Shown piece by piece: positions 26,808-41,301 of a DNA stretch of 64,000 nucleotides. The number at the start of each line of letters is the position of its first letter. Positions within the stretch are counted from its first letter, which is position 1. Source of the DNA: Eledone cirrhosa. Its lineage: Eukaryota. Made by a program: the position numbers and the translations under genes. Where the stretch lies: positions 370,388,001 to 370,452,000 of the forward strand of contig OZ024742.1 in NCBI GenBank assembly GCA_964016885.1, in the 5' to 3' direction. The notes below the pieces were generated by a model. That model did no database searches. It saw nothing but the letters and a program-made list of their open reading frames with translations, and was not told the origin of the DNA.

Positions 26808-26906
26808 ATATTGTATTGTTTATTATACATTATATTTTGCTCTGGTACTTACATAGAGCACTCTTCACTCCTATGACTTTTTCAATTTTCAACGGAAACT
26901 TCAATA

Positions 26907-27170
<264 letters not shown>

Positions 27171-27257
27171 TACAGGAATTGCCTGTATCTTTTCCAGTTA
27201 TTATGCACAAGTGTGTATGTGTTTGTATTTTATGTCCACATGTGCAAGTGCTTGTGT

Positions 27258-27967
27258 CTGAGTGTGTATATGTATGCACGTGAGTATGTATATGTATGCC
27301 CGTGTGTGTGTATATGTATGGACGTGTGTGTGTGTATATGTATGCACGTGTGTGTGTATATGTATGCACGTGTGTGTGTATATGTATGCACGTGAGTATG
27401 TATATGTATGCACGTGAGTATGTATATGTATGCACGTGTGTGTGTATATGTATGCACGTGTGTGTGTATATGTATGCACGTGTGTGTGTATATGTATGCA
27501 CGTGTGTGTGTATATGTATGCACGTGAGTGTGTATATGTATGCACGTGAGTGTGTATATGTATGCACGTGAGTGTGTATATGTATGCACGTGTGTGTGTA
27601 TATGTATGCACGTGTGTGTGTATATGTATGCACGTGAGTATGTATATGTATGCACGTGAGTGTGTATATGTATGCACGTGAGTGTGTATATGTATGCCCG
27701 TGTGTGTGTATATGTATGCACGTGAGTATGTATATGTATGCACGTGAGTATGTATATGTATGCACGTGAGTGTGTATATGTATGCACGTGTGTGTGTATA
27801 TGTATGCACGTGTGTGTGTATATGTATGCACGTGAGTGTGTATATGTATGCACGTGAGTGTGTATATGTATGCACGTGAGTGTGTATATGTATGCACGTG
27901 TGTGTGTATATGTATGCACGTGAGTATGTATATGTATGCACGTGTATATGTATGCACGTGTGTGTGT
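27258..27967. repeat. 22-bp minisatellite (~31 copies), unit GTGTATATGTATGCACGTG(A/T)GT
   Basis: Direct inspection; nearly every unit contains CACGTG. Confidence 0.92.
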
Positions 27968-28579
27968 AATGTTCTGGGTACAGTGTCAATAAGTGGTTCA
28001 GTCTGGCTTGATCAGCAGTGTCGGAGGGGGGGGACTTACCGTTAACAGGCTGCTACAACAGCAACAACAAGATGAGACAGAGCTTCTCCATTTACTGAAA
28101 CCACACCCTCACCTACGACAACAACAACACCCAGGAGACCACAGCACCACCACCCTTCTTCAGGGCTTTAGATAAATACTTCCTCTCAACATACAGGTAC
28201 CACCAGTGCTGGATTTACCATTGTTCTTAGGTGTGCTTAAGCACAGACAGAGCCACATTGGCCGGCGGTGGGGGTGGGGGCATCTTCGTGCCCCAAAATA
28301 TTTTACGATGAATTACATCCTTCTCCACGTTTCTCTGTCTCTCTCCATCTTTTTACTTACTCTTAACACTATGACTTACTAAAGTAAACAAACCACTATC
28401 CTGATGGCCTCCAAAAGCAACGGTCAATTTTTAAAGGGGTACGTCAATGTCTATTTATAAAACTGTTATATATTGTATTTTGTCTGATGAAGGCATACCA
28501 TAATGTAACTTGGTATCCTTGAAATATATATAATGAAATAAATATGGTTTTATAAATATAGTTTCCATTTATTAATATC

Positions 28580-28619
<40 letters not shown>

Positions 28620-28916
28620 GTATGTGTATGTATGTCTGTGTGTGTGTGTATATATATATATGGGCGTATCTGTGACCTATATACACTGGTCACAGACACA
28701 CACACACATATATATATACGCACACACACATATACACACAAACTTAGAAACCCCTCCTATTTAGGAGGTAATATTCGCTACACACATCCTGTCCTAACAC
28801 AAGTTATATGATGCATATGACTTAATATTTAGTCACCAAATTGAAACTAGATACAGTAATGCTGTATTCAATACTTTGAAGTCACTTGTTATAATTTCAT
28901 TCAACAACACCACCAG

Positions 28917-28949
<33 letters not shown>

Positions 28950-29080
28950 ACCTTCACTCTTTCTCTGTCTCTCTATTTATGAAGGTACCTGGAAAACCCC
29001 ATACCTGGGAAACCCGTACTCTGATTTACGCGCAACTTGTTTTATTCTATTTGTATTCCCATTTCAGGGGCAACTTCCTT
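28620..29080 (+). repeat. Unclassified dispersed repeat; inverted second copy at ~31470-31790
   Basis: TTTATGAAGGTACC...AAAACCCC...TTTACGCG...CTTGTTTTATTC and CTGTGA(C/T)CTATATACACTGG are shared with the reverse complement of 31470-31790. Confidence 0.65.
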
Positions 29081-29910
29081 TCAAAGTATTTTGCCATTAT
29101 GTGCCGTTTTGACTATATTAAATTACAGACAAGCACACAATCACAGAGTTTTATTAGTATATAGATAGACAGCTGTATAAAAAAAGTGCAGGGCGATAAA
29201 AATAGACGGTAGCCACGGAGTAGGCAGACCCAGAAAAACCTGGGACGACTTGACTTGATAAATTCCGACCTCACACACTTACACCTCTCCAAGACAATGT
29301 CACTGGACCGAGATCTTTGGCGGTACACAGTTATACAGAAGACTCGCCTTGCCTAAGTACAAAGTAAAACCTACTACAGTCAGTAGGCACCTCTAACAAA
29401 ATACACACCCCTCCCACTACCCCCACCTCATCCACACCACCCCTTTCAATGTAAAGTTATGTTGGTACCACAAGTGGGAAAACTCCCGTCCAAACCCATG
29501 TTAACGTGGAAGATGGACGTTGAACGATGATGATGATGATAACATCTGACATGCTGTTTTTGCTTTATGAGTCTGACCTGTATTATAATGTCACCTTTTG
29601 CTTGTTTCTATTTGGATATTTGTAACAACATTCATGCACCTGAGGATATGTAGAACAGTGGAACGGTAGCCAGTATATTGGGGCCCGGCCCGCCTTCCTG
29701 CAGTGAAAACTTTGTAGAGTAATCATCATATTGTAAATCCTAACTGGTTATTCATTGTTATTTTATTAAAATATTGGACTCTGCAATTTGTGCCATAACA
29801 GTCCATAACATATTCCACGGAATTTAGGGTTACTGATTGAGCAAGGATACTGATTAACATTGAACTTCTTTACCAGGACATATATTGGTAAACTCCAATA
29901 TAACACACAA

Positions 29911-30052
<142 letters not shown>

Positions 30053-30053
30053 A

Positions 30054-30295
30054 CATCATCGTTATACATCCATTCTTCCACGCTAGCATGGGTTAGACGA
30101 GTTGTCCTGTTGTGGGCAATGCTAGGTCAGGTGACCATACCTTGCTCATACAGAACTGATTTTGGCTTGGTTCCTACAGCTGGATGCCCTTCCTAATGCC
30201 AACTACTTCACAGAGAGTACTGGGTACTTTTTGCTGTGACACCTACATGACCACTTTACAGTGTGTATTGGGTGGTTTTTGCTGTGACACCTACA
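30054..30295 (-). mobile_element. RTE 3' UTR/tail copy, antisense
   Basis: Reverse complement of 35055-35330; contains GACCACTTTACAGTGTG, as in the 48-bp satellite. Confidence 0.85.
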
Positions 30296-30519
30296 GTATA
30301 ATAATAGTCAAATTATTGTGTAAAGTGCTCAGGTGCACTACAAGTGCTGGGTGCTTTTGTCATATAAATATCTGCATATATACTGTAGTATAAACATGGT
30401 AGAAATATCCAAGTGTAAGAGTACTCAGTCCATAGGATGAGTTAAATATAATTAGTAACGACAGTGACATAAACAGGTACTTACAATTCGTTGAGTTATA
30501 CACCCCAACTCAGCCTGTT

Positions 30520-31160
30520 ATATATTTATTAACCATCTTGCCAACAACAACCCTGAGTACCTTTTTGATTTCCATGTGTCTAAATCACGTGGGCATGCCA
30601 ACAAAGTCAGAAAACAGCCCAGCTCCCATTGCTGAATCATGGAACAAACTATCTGCATCAGTTGTTAGCTGCCGAGACACAGCATCCTTTAAAACCTCCA
30701 TGGAACGAACTACCTGCATCAGTTGTTAGCTGTCGAGTCACTGCATCCTTTAAAACCTCCATGGAACAAACTGCCTGCATCAGTTGTTAGCTGCCAAGAC
30801 ACTGCATCCTTTAAAACCTCCATGCTTCCTGAGATTCGCCAACCCTACACCTAATATTCCCCCTCCATACACAGACACATGTATATCATGACTCATACAC
30901 TGTTCACTCCCCTGACATTTGTATATTATTCTATGTACTATTCTATGTACTTTCCAGTATAGTTACGTCCCTTTACGATCTGAGTTCAAATCCTGCCGAG
31001 GTTGACTTTGCCTTTCATCCTTACGGGGTCGATAAAATAAAGTACCAGTAATGCACTGGGTAATTGCTGGCCTTGTGCCTAAAGTAGAAACAATTATTCT
31101 ATGTACTATACATGCACCTTTGATGAGTTGTAGTGCACCTGAGCACTGTACACAATAATT

Positions 31161-31222
<62 letters not shown>
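30520..31222 (+). mobile_element. CR1/L2-like LINE 3' end with a 61-bp triplication (30638-30824), an inserted SINE and a (TTA)n tail
   Basis: Translation SRGHANKVRKQ ... WNKLSASVVSCRDTASFKTSM resembles the CR1-type ORF2 C-terminus (TRGH, WNxLP..VV...FK). (ATT)n tail at 31163-31222. Confidence 0.7.
30951..31092 (+). mobile_element. SINE with Nin/Deu-like domain and ~16-bp target-site duplication
   Basis: GAGTTCAAATCC B-box; GCCTTTCATCCTTACGGGGTCGATAAAATAAAGTACCAG; ATTATTCTATGTACTA at 30925 and 31093. Confidence 0.75.
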
Positions 31223-31224
<2 letters not shown>

Positions 31225-31469
31225 TTCTATTTTTTATTTTATATTACTAGCTGAATGAGTCGGGGGTGTATAACGCAACAAAACTGAAGTACCTGTATAT
31301 GTCACTGTTGTTACTAATTATATAACAGGATAAATTAAGATTTACAAACTGATTCTGATAACTATCAACATCCAGACAGCTTTGGGTAGAACTGTTTCAC
31401 GATTCAGTGGAGAGAGTTAGAGATCCAATGGTCCAATGTTTGGAACAGTAATCACTCCACTACTTTTAT

Positions 31470-31790
31470 CCATAGTCGCCTCTGAAACGGAAATACAAAT
31501 GGAATAAAACAAGCTTCGCGTAAATTGAAGCACGGGTTCCCGAGATTTGGGGTTTTCTTGGTACCTTCATAAACAGAGAGAAGGATAGAGAGAAAGAGAT
31601 AGTGGTTGAGAGAGAGTAGATTGAAAGAGAGACATAGAGAGAGGAAGAGGAGACAGAGAAGGAGAATGGAAGAGAGAGAGAGCTGGTAGTGTTGTATATA
31701 TGTGAGTGTGTGCATACATATATATGTGTGTCTGTGTGTGTCTATGCCCAGTGTATATAGATCACAGACACCCACATATATATACACCAC
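31470..31790 (-). repeat. Second copy of the unclassified dispersed repeat (see 28620-29080)
   Basis: Reverse-complement similarity. Confidence 0.65.
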
Positions 31791-32084
31791 ATATATCTAT
31801 ATCTATACAAACACACACATTTATATATACATACACACGTATATATATGGGCCTTCCGGTTTTATATACATGTCTGTATATTTTAATTATTTAAAAATTA
31901 TTTTTAAGTGAACGTGATTTTTAGAAAATATTTTGAAGTAATGTGACCCAACGTGTCACGGGTGGTCTCGTATATATAAATAAAACTTATATGCGAAGTG
32001 CTTTACGCAGCATGTTTGCAAACACACACACACACACACACACAGACACACAGACACACACACACACACACACATACACACACG

Positions 32085-32181
<97 letters not shown>

Positions 32182-32183
<2 letters not shown>

Positions 32184-35100
32184 GTGGTGTAGGTATACTA
32201 CTAGCTGACAAGTGGGTAGATAAAGTAATCTCAGTGTACAGGGTAAATGCAAGAATAATTAAACTCAGACTAGTCCTGAATAAAACAATTACCACAATAA
32301 TATCACCTTACGCACTCCAATCGGGGTTGCCAGACGAACTTAAGGATAGATTTTACGAGTCCCTAATGCACACTACTGCTCTAACAAACGACAATGACTT
32401 CCTAATCATCGCAGGAGATTTTAACGGACACGTAGGTAAACACTGTGACGGCTTCAATAGAGTACATGGAGGCCATGGAGTTGGCACAAGAAACGAGGAA
32501 GGATTCAGACTTCTAGAATTCTGCGACGCCGAATGACATGTCGATATGTAACACAAACTTCAAAAAACCCGACAACCACCTGATCACCTATAGATCAGGG
32601 GAGCATTCTAGTCAGATAGTTTTATCCTCATCAGAGGACGTGACAGATGTACAGTCGTAAACACAGAAGCCTTCCCTAGTGAGGAATGTACCTCCCAACA
32701 TAGCTTAGTTGTCAGCGACCTCACGGTCAGAATTAGACGAACCTGGAAACAGAGGCCAACCTGGAGAAGAAAGATCTGGAAGCTGAAAGACCCCTCAGCC
32801 AGTAACAGATTTTAAGATATTTTACTCAACGCCTATGACAGTAACGAAGAACATATACAGACATTCAATGTAGAAGAGCACTGGGAGTTCCTAAAAAATA
32901 ACTTACTAGAGGCGACGGATGAGATCTGTGGCTGGAGTAAGACCACAGGCAGGAGGAGAGTAACTTGGTGGTGGAACAATAAGGTAGATGAGGCAGTTAA
33001 GGACAAGAGACAGGCATGGAAAGAATGGAAGAACGGGGGGAGCAGGGTACATTACATAGAGACCAAGAGGGAATCTAGGCGACAAGTATACTTAGCTAGG
33101 AGAGAAGCAGAGGATAGAAAATTCAAGCATGTTTTGCAACGTGAGGACCAGAAACAGGAGGTGTTCAAGATTGCGAGGCAGTGTGTCAGTGAGAATTGTG
33201 ATTTCATTGGAGAGAAGTGTATCCGGAATGATAAAGGTGATCTTTCCCTCACAAGTGCTGAGAAGAAAGATGCATGGAAGAGCCATTATGATAGATTACT
33301 AAATGAGGAGAATGAATGGGAAGAAGAGACCCTACCCCAAGTAGACCCTATAGAGGGACCAGCAGTACAAGTCAGCAGCAGTGTAGTAAGTAAGGCAATC
33401 AAAGCTATGAAGATGGGGAAGGCAACAGGTCCATCGGGTATAGCTGCCGAGATGCTGAAGGCATCTGGGTCTGTAGGTCACACTATAACCATACGTATTG
33501 TTAACCAGGTAATACTAGAAGGTGTCATACTAAAGGATTGGTGCAGTAGCATCATTGTCAACTGCTACAAAGGTAAAGGTGATGCACTAGATAGAGGAAA
33601 CTATAGAGGTATAAAGCTGATGGACCACGTCATGAAAGTAACAGAAAGAGTTATAGCACAGCTGATTAGGGACCGGGTGATGCAATTTGGGTTTGTACCA
33701 GGAAGAGGCACCACTGATGCCCTCTTCCTTGTGAGGCAGTTACAGGAAAATTACCTACCTAAAAGTAAGCCACTCTACCTGGAATTCGTCGATCTCGCGA
33801 AAGCTTTTGACAGAGTTCCACGTGCTGTAATCTGGTGGGCTCTTAGAAAACTAGGAGTAGATGAATGGCTTGTGAAAGCTGTACAAGCCATGTATAGGGG
33901 AGCAGTCCGCAAAGTTAGGATTAACAATGAGTATAACGAGGAATTTAGCGTACAGGTTGGGGTCCACCAGGGCTCTGTTCTTAGCCCTCTCCTGTTCACC
34001 ATAGTCCTGCAGGCAATAACGGAGGAGTTTAAGACCGGATGCCCATGGGAACTCCTGTATGCAGATGACCTCGCACTTATAGCTGAATCTATGGTAGAAT
34101 TAGAGAAGAAATTCCAAACTTGGAAGCAGGGACTAGAAAGAAAGGGTCTCAAAGTCAACATGGCAAAGACTAAGGTCCTTGTAAGTAGACGAGAAAACAG
34201 AACCCAGATCCCCTCAGGGAAATGGCCTTGCTCAGTATGTAGGAAAGGTGTAGGTAGGAACTCCATTCTCTGCCCCAAATGCAAACAATGGGTACACAAG
34301 ATATGTAGCGGGATCTCAGGAAGCTTAATTAAGAATGTAGGCTTCGCATGCAGCAGCTGTGCTGGGACAGCAAGCAGCAAACAGCCACAGGAGACAAGTA
34401 CCACCAATCTCTGGGAGGGCTCTGTAGAAACAGTAGACAGCTTCTGCTACCTAGGTGACCGAATTAGCAGCGGAGGTGGGTGTTCAGAAAGTACAATAAC
34501 TAGGATAAGAACGGGATGGAAGAAGTTCAGGGAACTACTGCCACTGCTAGCTGCAAAAGGCTTTTCCCTCAAAGTAAAAGGCAGACTGTATGATGCGTGT
34601 ATCCGAACAGCAATGTTACATGGTAGTGAGACCTGGGCGCTGAAGGTGGAAGACTTACGTAGATTAGAAAGAAACGAAGCCTGCATGCTCCGATGGATGT
34701 GTAATAGTAATATACGCGAACGGCAAAGCATAAACGAATTGAGAGAGAGACTGAGCATAAGAGGAATCAAATGCTGTGTGCAGGAGAGGCGGTTGCGTTG
34801 GTATGGACATGTGATGCGTATGAAGGATGACAGCTGCATAAAAAGGTGCAGAGCACTAGAAGTCAATGGAAACCGCGGAGTGGGGAGACCCAAGAAGACC
34901 TGGGATGAGGTGATAAAATCCGACCTTACCCAATTACACCTCTCAAAGGCGATGACACACGACCGTGACCTCTGGCGTCACGCAGTAATACAAAAGACCC
35001 GACCTCCCATGGGTACAAGTTGAAGCTTATAGACAATATGCCCACACACCCTCCCACTGTAAGGTGGTCGTGGAGGTGCCACGGCAAAAAAAGCACCCAG

Positions 35101-35330
35101 CCCACACTGTAAAGTGGACGTGTAGGCGCCACGGAAAAAGCACCCAGCACTCACTGTAAATGAGGTTGGTGTTAGGAAGGGCATCCAGCTGTAGAAATCA
35201 AGCCAAAATCAGTTCCTGTATGAGCAAGGCATGGTCAGCCGACCAGACACTGCCCACAACAGGACAACCCGTCTAACCCATGCTAGCATGGAAGAACGGA
35301 CGTAAAACGGTGATGATGATGATGATGATG

Positions 35331-35335
<5 letters not shown>
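32182..35335 (+). mobile_element. RTE-clade LINE, 5'-truncated within the APE endonuclease, inserted in (TA)n; disabled by stops and frameshifts in its 5' part
   Basis: APE motifs GGVGILL and IAGDFNGHVG; RT motifs QFGFVPGRGTTDA, DLAKAFDRV, GVHQGSVLSPLLF, LLYADD; RRLRWYGHV; GRPKKTW; (GAT)n tail. Confidence 0.97.
33134..35023 (+). pseudogene. Open 629-aa remnant of the RTE ORF: reverse transcriptase with an embedded PHD-type finger
   Basis: ORF track. A 12-bp in-frame deletion near 33678 is seen relative to the copy at ~42175. Confidence 0.9.
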
Positions 35336-35418
<83 letters not shown>

Positions 35419-35536
35419 TATATGTATATATATATGTATATATATATATACATATAGGTGTAGGACACCTCGGTTATTTTTCATTTTGTAAAAAAAACTC
35501 ACTTTCTAATATATACATATATATATACATATATAT

Positions 35537-36941
<1,405 letters not shown>

Positions 36942-36957
36942 CATATATATAAATATA

Positions 36958-38292
36958 CTAACACACAGACACACACACTTGCGTTGGTTCGAGAGGGAAG
37001 GTATGTGTTGGCGATGTTAATGAAGTTAATGGTTGTTGAGGTATGGGGTCGTGCCTTGTGGTGGCGGTGGTGGAGATATGAGCGACAAAAATATACAGGA
37101 TCGAATAATACGATGGGTTACAGGTTAAAAGGTGACAAAGACGACCTCCACTACGTTTAAGGAGCGCTGGTATAACCATAGAAGCTACTTTAAACATAGG
37201 CTGAAACGATCCCAAACCAGACTGGCCGATTTGATCTGGGACCTCAAGGACAGGAACATCGAATCCCAGATCACGTGGGCAGGCAAAGACGCGTGGCGCA
37301 ACTCCCCAGTGACAGAAACCACTGCAGGTTATGCCTGGCCGAGGCGGCAGAAATAATTAAATTAAAATCTGCCATAAACTATAGGTCGGACATAATTATC
37401 AATTGCAGACACACCAGGCTGAACACATTTTCTGCACAAACATTCGGGGAGGGCTGCACACTAACCATGATCCAACATAATAATAACCACCTCTTCCCCG
37501 TCTCACCATGCCTCATCTCAGTGAATTTATTTTATTTTATTGCATGTAACCATTTGTAAGCCCGTATTTTGTATATCATGCCGCACACATCACCCCCACC
37601 AAAAATCACATCGCCATACACCCCTCATCTTTGCAACATTGGGTTCTATATGTCCCCTCTGTCAGGTTTTACCTTGTAATCCCTGGTAACACCTGATCCT
37701 GTGAATATTATGTCGACCATATCACCACCACCATCACCGCACACATCGTTATATGTCTCCCATCCCACACCCGCAACCTTATTCCCCCATGTTCCCTCTG
37801 TCTACCCTAACCTACAACCCCACGCAAAATTCGATCCTGTAAATGTACTGTCGCACACACCACCACCGCCACCACTAGATACATCCACATACTTCAACAA
37901 TCATTAACATCATTAACATCATCAACACATATCATCCCTCACTCCCAGAACGACTGTGTTATATCTGCCCTCTCTGTCTGCTTTACCCTCTAACCCACTG
38001 TCACATCTGATCATCTAAATATATTGTTGAACATATCACCCCATCACCACCACCACCACCACCATGACCACACACATCGCCATACGTCCACAAACTTTTT
38101 TCCCCCGTGTTCCCTATGTCACATTTTAACCTGTAACCCATCGTATTATTCGATCCTGTATATTTTTGTCGCTCACAACACCACCACCGTCACCACAAGG
38201 CACAACTCCATCAACAACCATTAACTTCATTAACATCGCTAACACATACCTTCCCTCTCGAACCAACGCAAGTGTGTGTGTCTGTGTGTAAG
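36958..38292 (+). mobile_element. Penelope-like element remnant: GIY-YIG C-terminus with an inverted terminal copy (36958-37130 vs 38125-38292)
   Basis: TFKERWYNHRSYFKH, LADLIWDLKD, CRLCLAEA; ~170-bp inverted repeat; (TA)n flanks. Confidence 0.8.
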
Positions 38293-38308
38293 TATATTTA
38301 TATATATG

Positions 38309-38401
<93 letters not shown>

Positions 38402-38424
38402 TTATTTATTTATTTATTAAAATA

Positions 38425-38500
38425 ACAGATTAAAGTTTAAGCAAAGAATCGCTGCTTTCACCCTTAACGGGATCTTCTGAAACTAACAAAGTCAATCTGT
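38425..38500 (-). ncRNA. Inverted-pLTR copy of the CAGAAGA hammerhead fold
   Basis: Reverse complement of 40515-40590. Confidence 0.7.
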
Positions 38501-39865
38501 GAACGCAGAAGTGAATATTTCAAAAACCGTTGCAACCGGAGGATACGCTTAATTACATAATTACGCTTAATTACATGATACGCTTAATTACATAAGTAAG
38601 CATTCTAACCATCCTGCCAGCATAACCAAGAACCTGGTAAGAAACGTTTCTTTGAGGCTTTCGCGTCTATCTACTAACGAGCATATTTTCAACGACCATT
38701 CCACTTATTACAATGAAGCTCTTGCTCGGAGTAGATTTGTCGATAAGGTAGCATATACAGAGTACGAGAATAGACCTAGAAGAAATAGATCTCGACGCAT
38801 TATATGGTATAACACACCATATAATATGGAGGTGGCCACACCATTAGCTAAGATCTTTCTCTCCCTTATTATGAAGCATTTCCCCCTACACATAAATATA
38901 GTAAAATTTTTAATAGAAATACTATTAAAATTTCTTACTCTACGACTCCTAACCTTGCACATAACATCACAGCTTCAAATTTAGCTAAACTACCTAGCCG
39001 TAGGAACACGTGCAACCCTGTAGTTAATACTAACTGTAATTGTAGGAATCTGGTTGACTGCCCCCTATCCGGGAAATGCCTCTCTAGTAACATTGTCTAC
39101 AAATGTAAGGTTGGAATACCCACGTCCCGTAGGGCCTACATAGGGTTAACCGCCAATAGATTCAAGCAGCGTCTTTACATGCACACCCATTCTTTTCGTA
39201 ACCCTTTAAGAAGGAATTGACGTCACTTTCAGCTTATATCTGGAATCTAAAAGACAACCACACCCAATATAAGTTACACTGGGAGATCCTAGCTAGGGCT
39301 AGATCGTATAACGGTAATAAAAGACCATGTGACCTCTGCGCCGCTGAGGCCCTGGAAATACTCTACGCCAAAGACCACATCTTAAACAAAAAATCTGAGG
39401 CAATTTCGGCTTGTAAACATAAATTGCACAAAACTTTCCTGTATTACTGCCCCACATTATACCCTAACGGATAGTATGAACTATACGCAGATATTTTACG
39501 TCTTGATGTGGTAGCTAAGTATATGTTATGTTTATACCATTACTTATTTGTTTAGGTAAGTATATATTACCTGTATGTTTTGTGAAGGTACGTATACTTT
39601 CTCGTACGTATATTTGATTGTATATGTTATGGCGTATATATTATATATTCTGGTACATATGATTTTGGTTATGTGTATACGTGAGTTTTGCGTCTGTGTG
39701 AGCATGCAGGTTCGTACGTATGTAGGGTGTTTGTATATGTGTACTTTGTGTTTTGGTTGACGTACGTCTCCGAACATATGTGCATTTACATGTAGGTATG
39801 TGTGTGCGCTTGTAATATACGTATTTATTTATTTATATACGTTTATTTAATTATATGTCTACACG

Positions 39866-39898
<33 letters not shown>

Positions 39899-40514
39899 TT
39901 TTTTTATATATGTTTTATGTGTATTTGGTGTATACAGTCGTATGCCTGCGGGTACAGGCGTTGCGTGGGTTGTGTATGTGCGTGCGGGTTTTTTTTGTGT
40001 ACGTGCCTGTATTTGTATACCTATGGCGAGTGTTTTCGCGTATGCTTGTGTATGTACGTATATGGATGCGTGTATGTATTTATTTAATCTCAATTACCGC
40101 TGTATTTTATTTACTTTATTCTTAACTCTGAAGCCGAGAATCATTCGGTTTCCTAGTTCGAATTTTCGTCTACGACTTCAGTTATACCGTTTACGTGGTT
40201 TGGTCTTTGCGTGCAATTGTTCTCCCCGCTCCACATATGACGTATTATCTTCGTTTTTTTTCGTTCATTGGAAGAGAACGTGTCTATGAACCACCTAATA
40301 GAATATTAGTCTACAACTTCTTTTATACCATAAACGTGGTTCTGTCTTTGCGTGTAATTGTTTTACACCGCTCTAAATAATGACGTATTATCTTCGTTTT
40401 TCCCCGTTCTTTGCCAGGGAACGTTTCCACGAACCAAAGTATCGTCTTCCTGTCTTATCGTCTTCCTGTCTTCCTTCGGTTGCAACGCTTTTTGAAATAT
40501 CCACTTCTGCGTTT

Positions 40515-40590
40515 ACAGATTGACTTTGTTAGTTTCAGAAGATCCCGTTAAGGGTGAAAGCAGCGATTCTTTGCTTAAACTTTAATCTGT
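40515..40590 (+). ncRNA. Hammerhead ribozyme-like fold with variant core CAGAAGA (3' pLTR)
   Basis: Stem I AGTTT/AAACT plus distal ACAGATTGA/TTAATCTGT with a 7-nt bulge; stem II CCC-GTTAA-GGG; GAAA; stem III GCA/TGC; triplet CTT. Confidence 0.72.
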
Positions 40591-40688
40591 TATTTTAATA
40601 AATATTTGCTCTACGGTTCTTATATATTTGATATATATTTATCCTTATCGAGCCCTCTTTGGATTTTAGTCTTCAAATTTATTATTAT

Positions 40689-40742
<54 letters not shown>

Positions 40743-41301
40743 ATATGTGTTTATGTATGTGTATGTCTATATGTACAACACCATCTCCATTGTCCCTCAC
40801 CCTCCCTCTATCTATGTACTACGCCACCCCCACTGATACTCCCCCCTCCCTCTATATATATCCACACGCGCGCATGCATATATGTGTGTATATATGCATA
40901 TAAATATATGTATGTGTGGGTGTATGCGTATGTATGTGTGTGTATATAAGTGTGTATGTGTATATATGTCAGTATATGTCATGTATATGTATACAACGTA
41001 TATGTCAGACTAAGAGTGTCTAGGTATGTGTCTCCCCATGGACTTGACACCACCAACACATCCAGCACACCACCAAAAACGCCATTACCATAAACAACAA
41101 AACCACACCCACACCACACACAATATTGAGCCACAAGTATACACCAATCTGTCTACCGACAATCCCCCACACCACAGCCCATCCCACCATCTTATCACAT
41201 CCACCCCCACATACACTACAGGCGAAAGTCAATCCACTACCCTCACACCACAGCCCATCCCAGCCAGCGACCGTCACCACCATCTTATCACATCCACCCC
41301 C

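Larger units (their letters stand above)
38413..40692 (+). mobile_element. Penelope-like element: RT C-terminus, linker and GIY-YIG (38580-39474), with inverted pLTR copies (38413-38543 and 40472-40603)
   Basis: YISKHSNHP, IIWYNTPYN, CNCRNLVDCPLSGKC, IVY...YIGLT, CDLC; frameshifted; (TA)n flanks. Confidence 0.92.

Noticed and set aside
28035-28200. Minus-strand exon ending in a GTAAGT donor, or a plus-strand polyQ ORF
   Set aside because: No consistent open frame or acceptor; insufficient support.
29636-29730. CTGAGGA...GAAA as another hammerhead
   Set aside because: No convincing stem I pairing or correctly placed NUH triplet.
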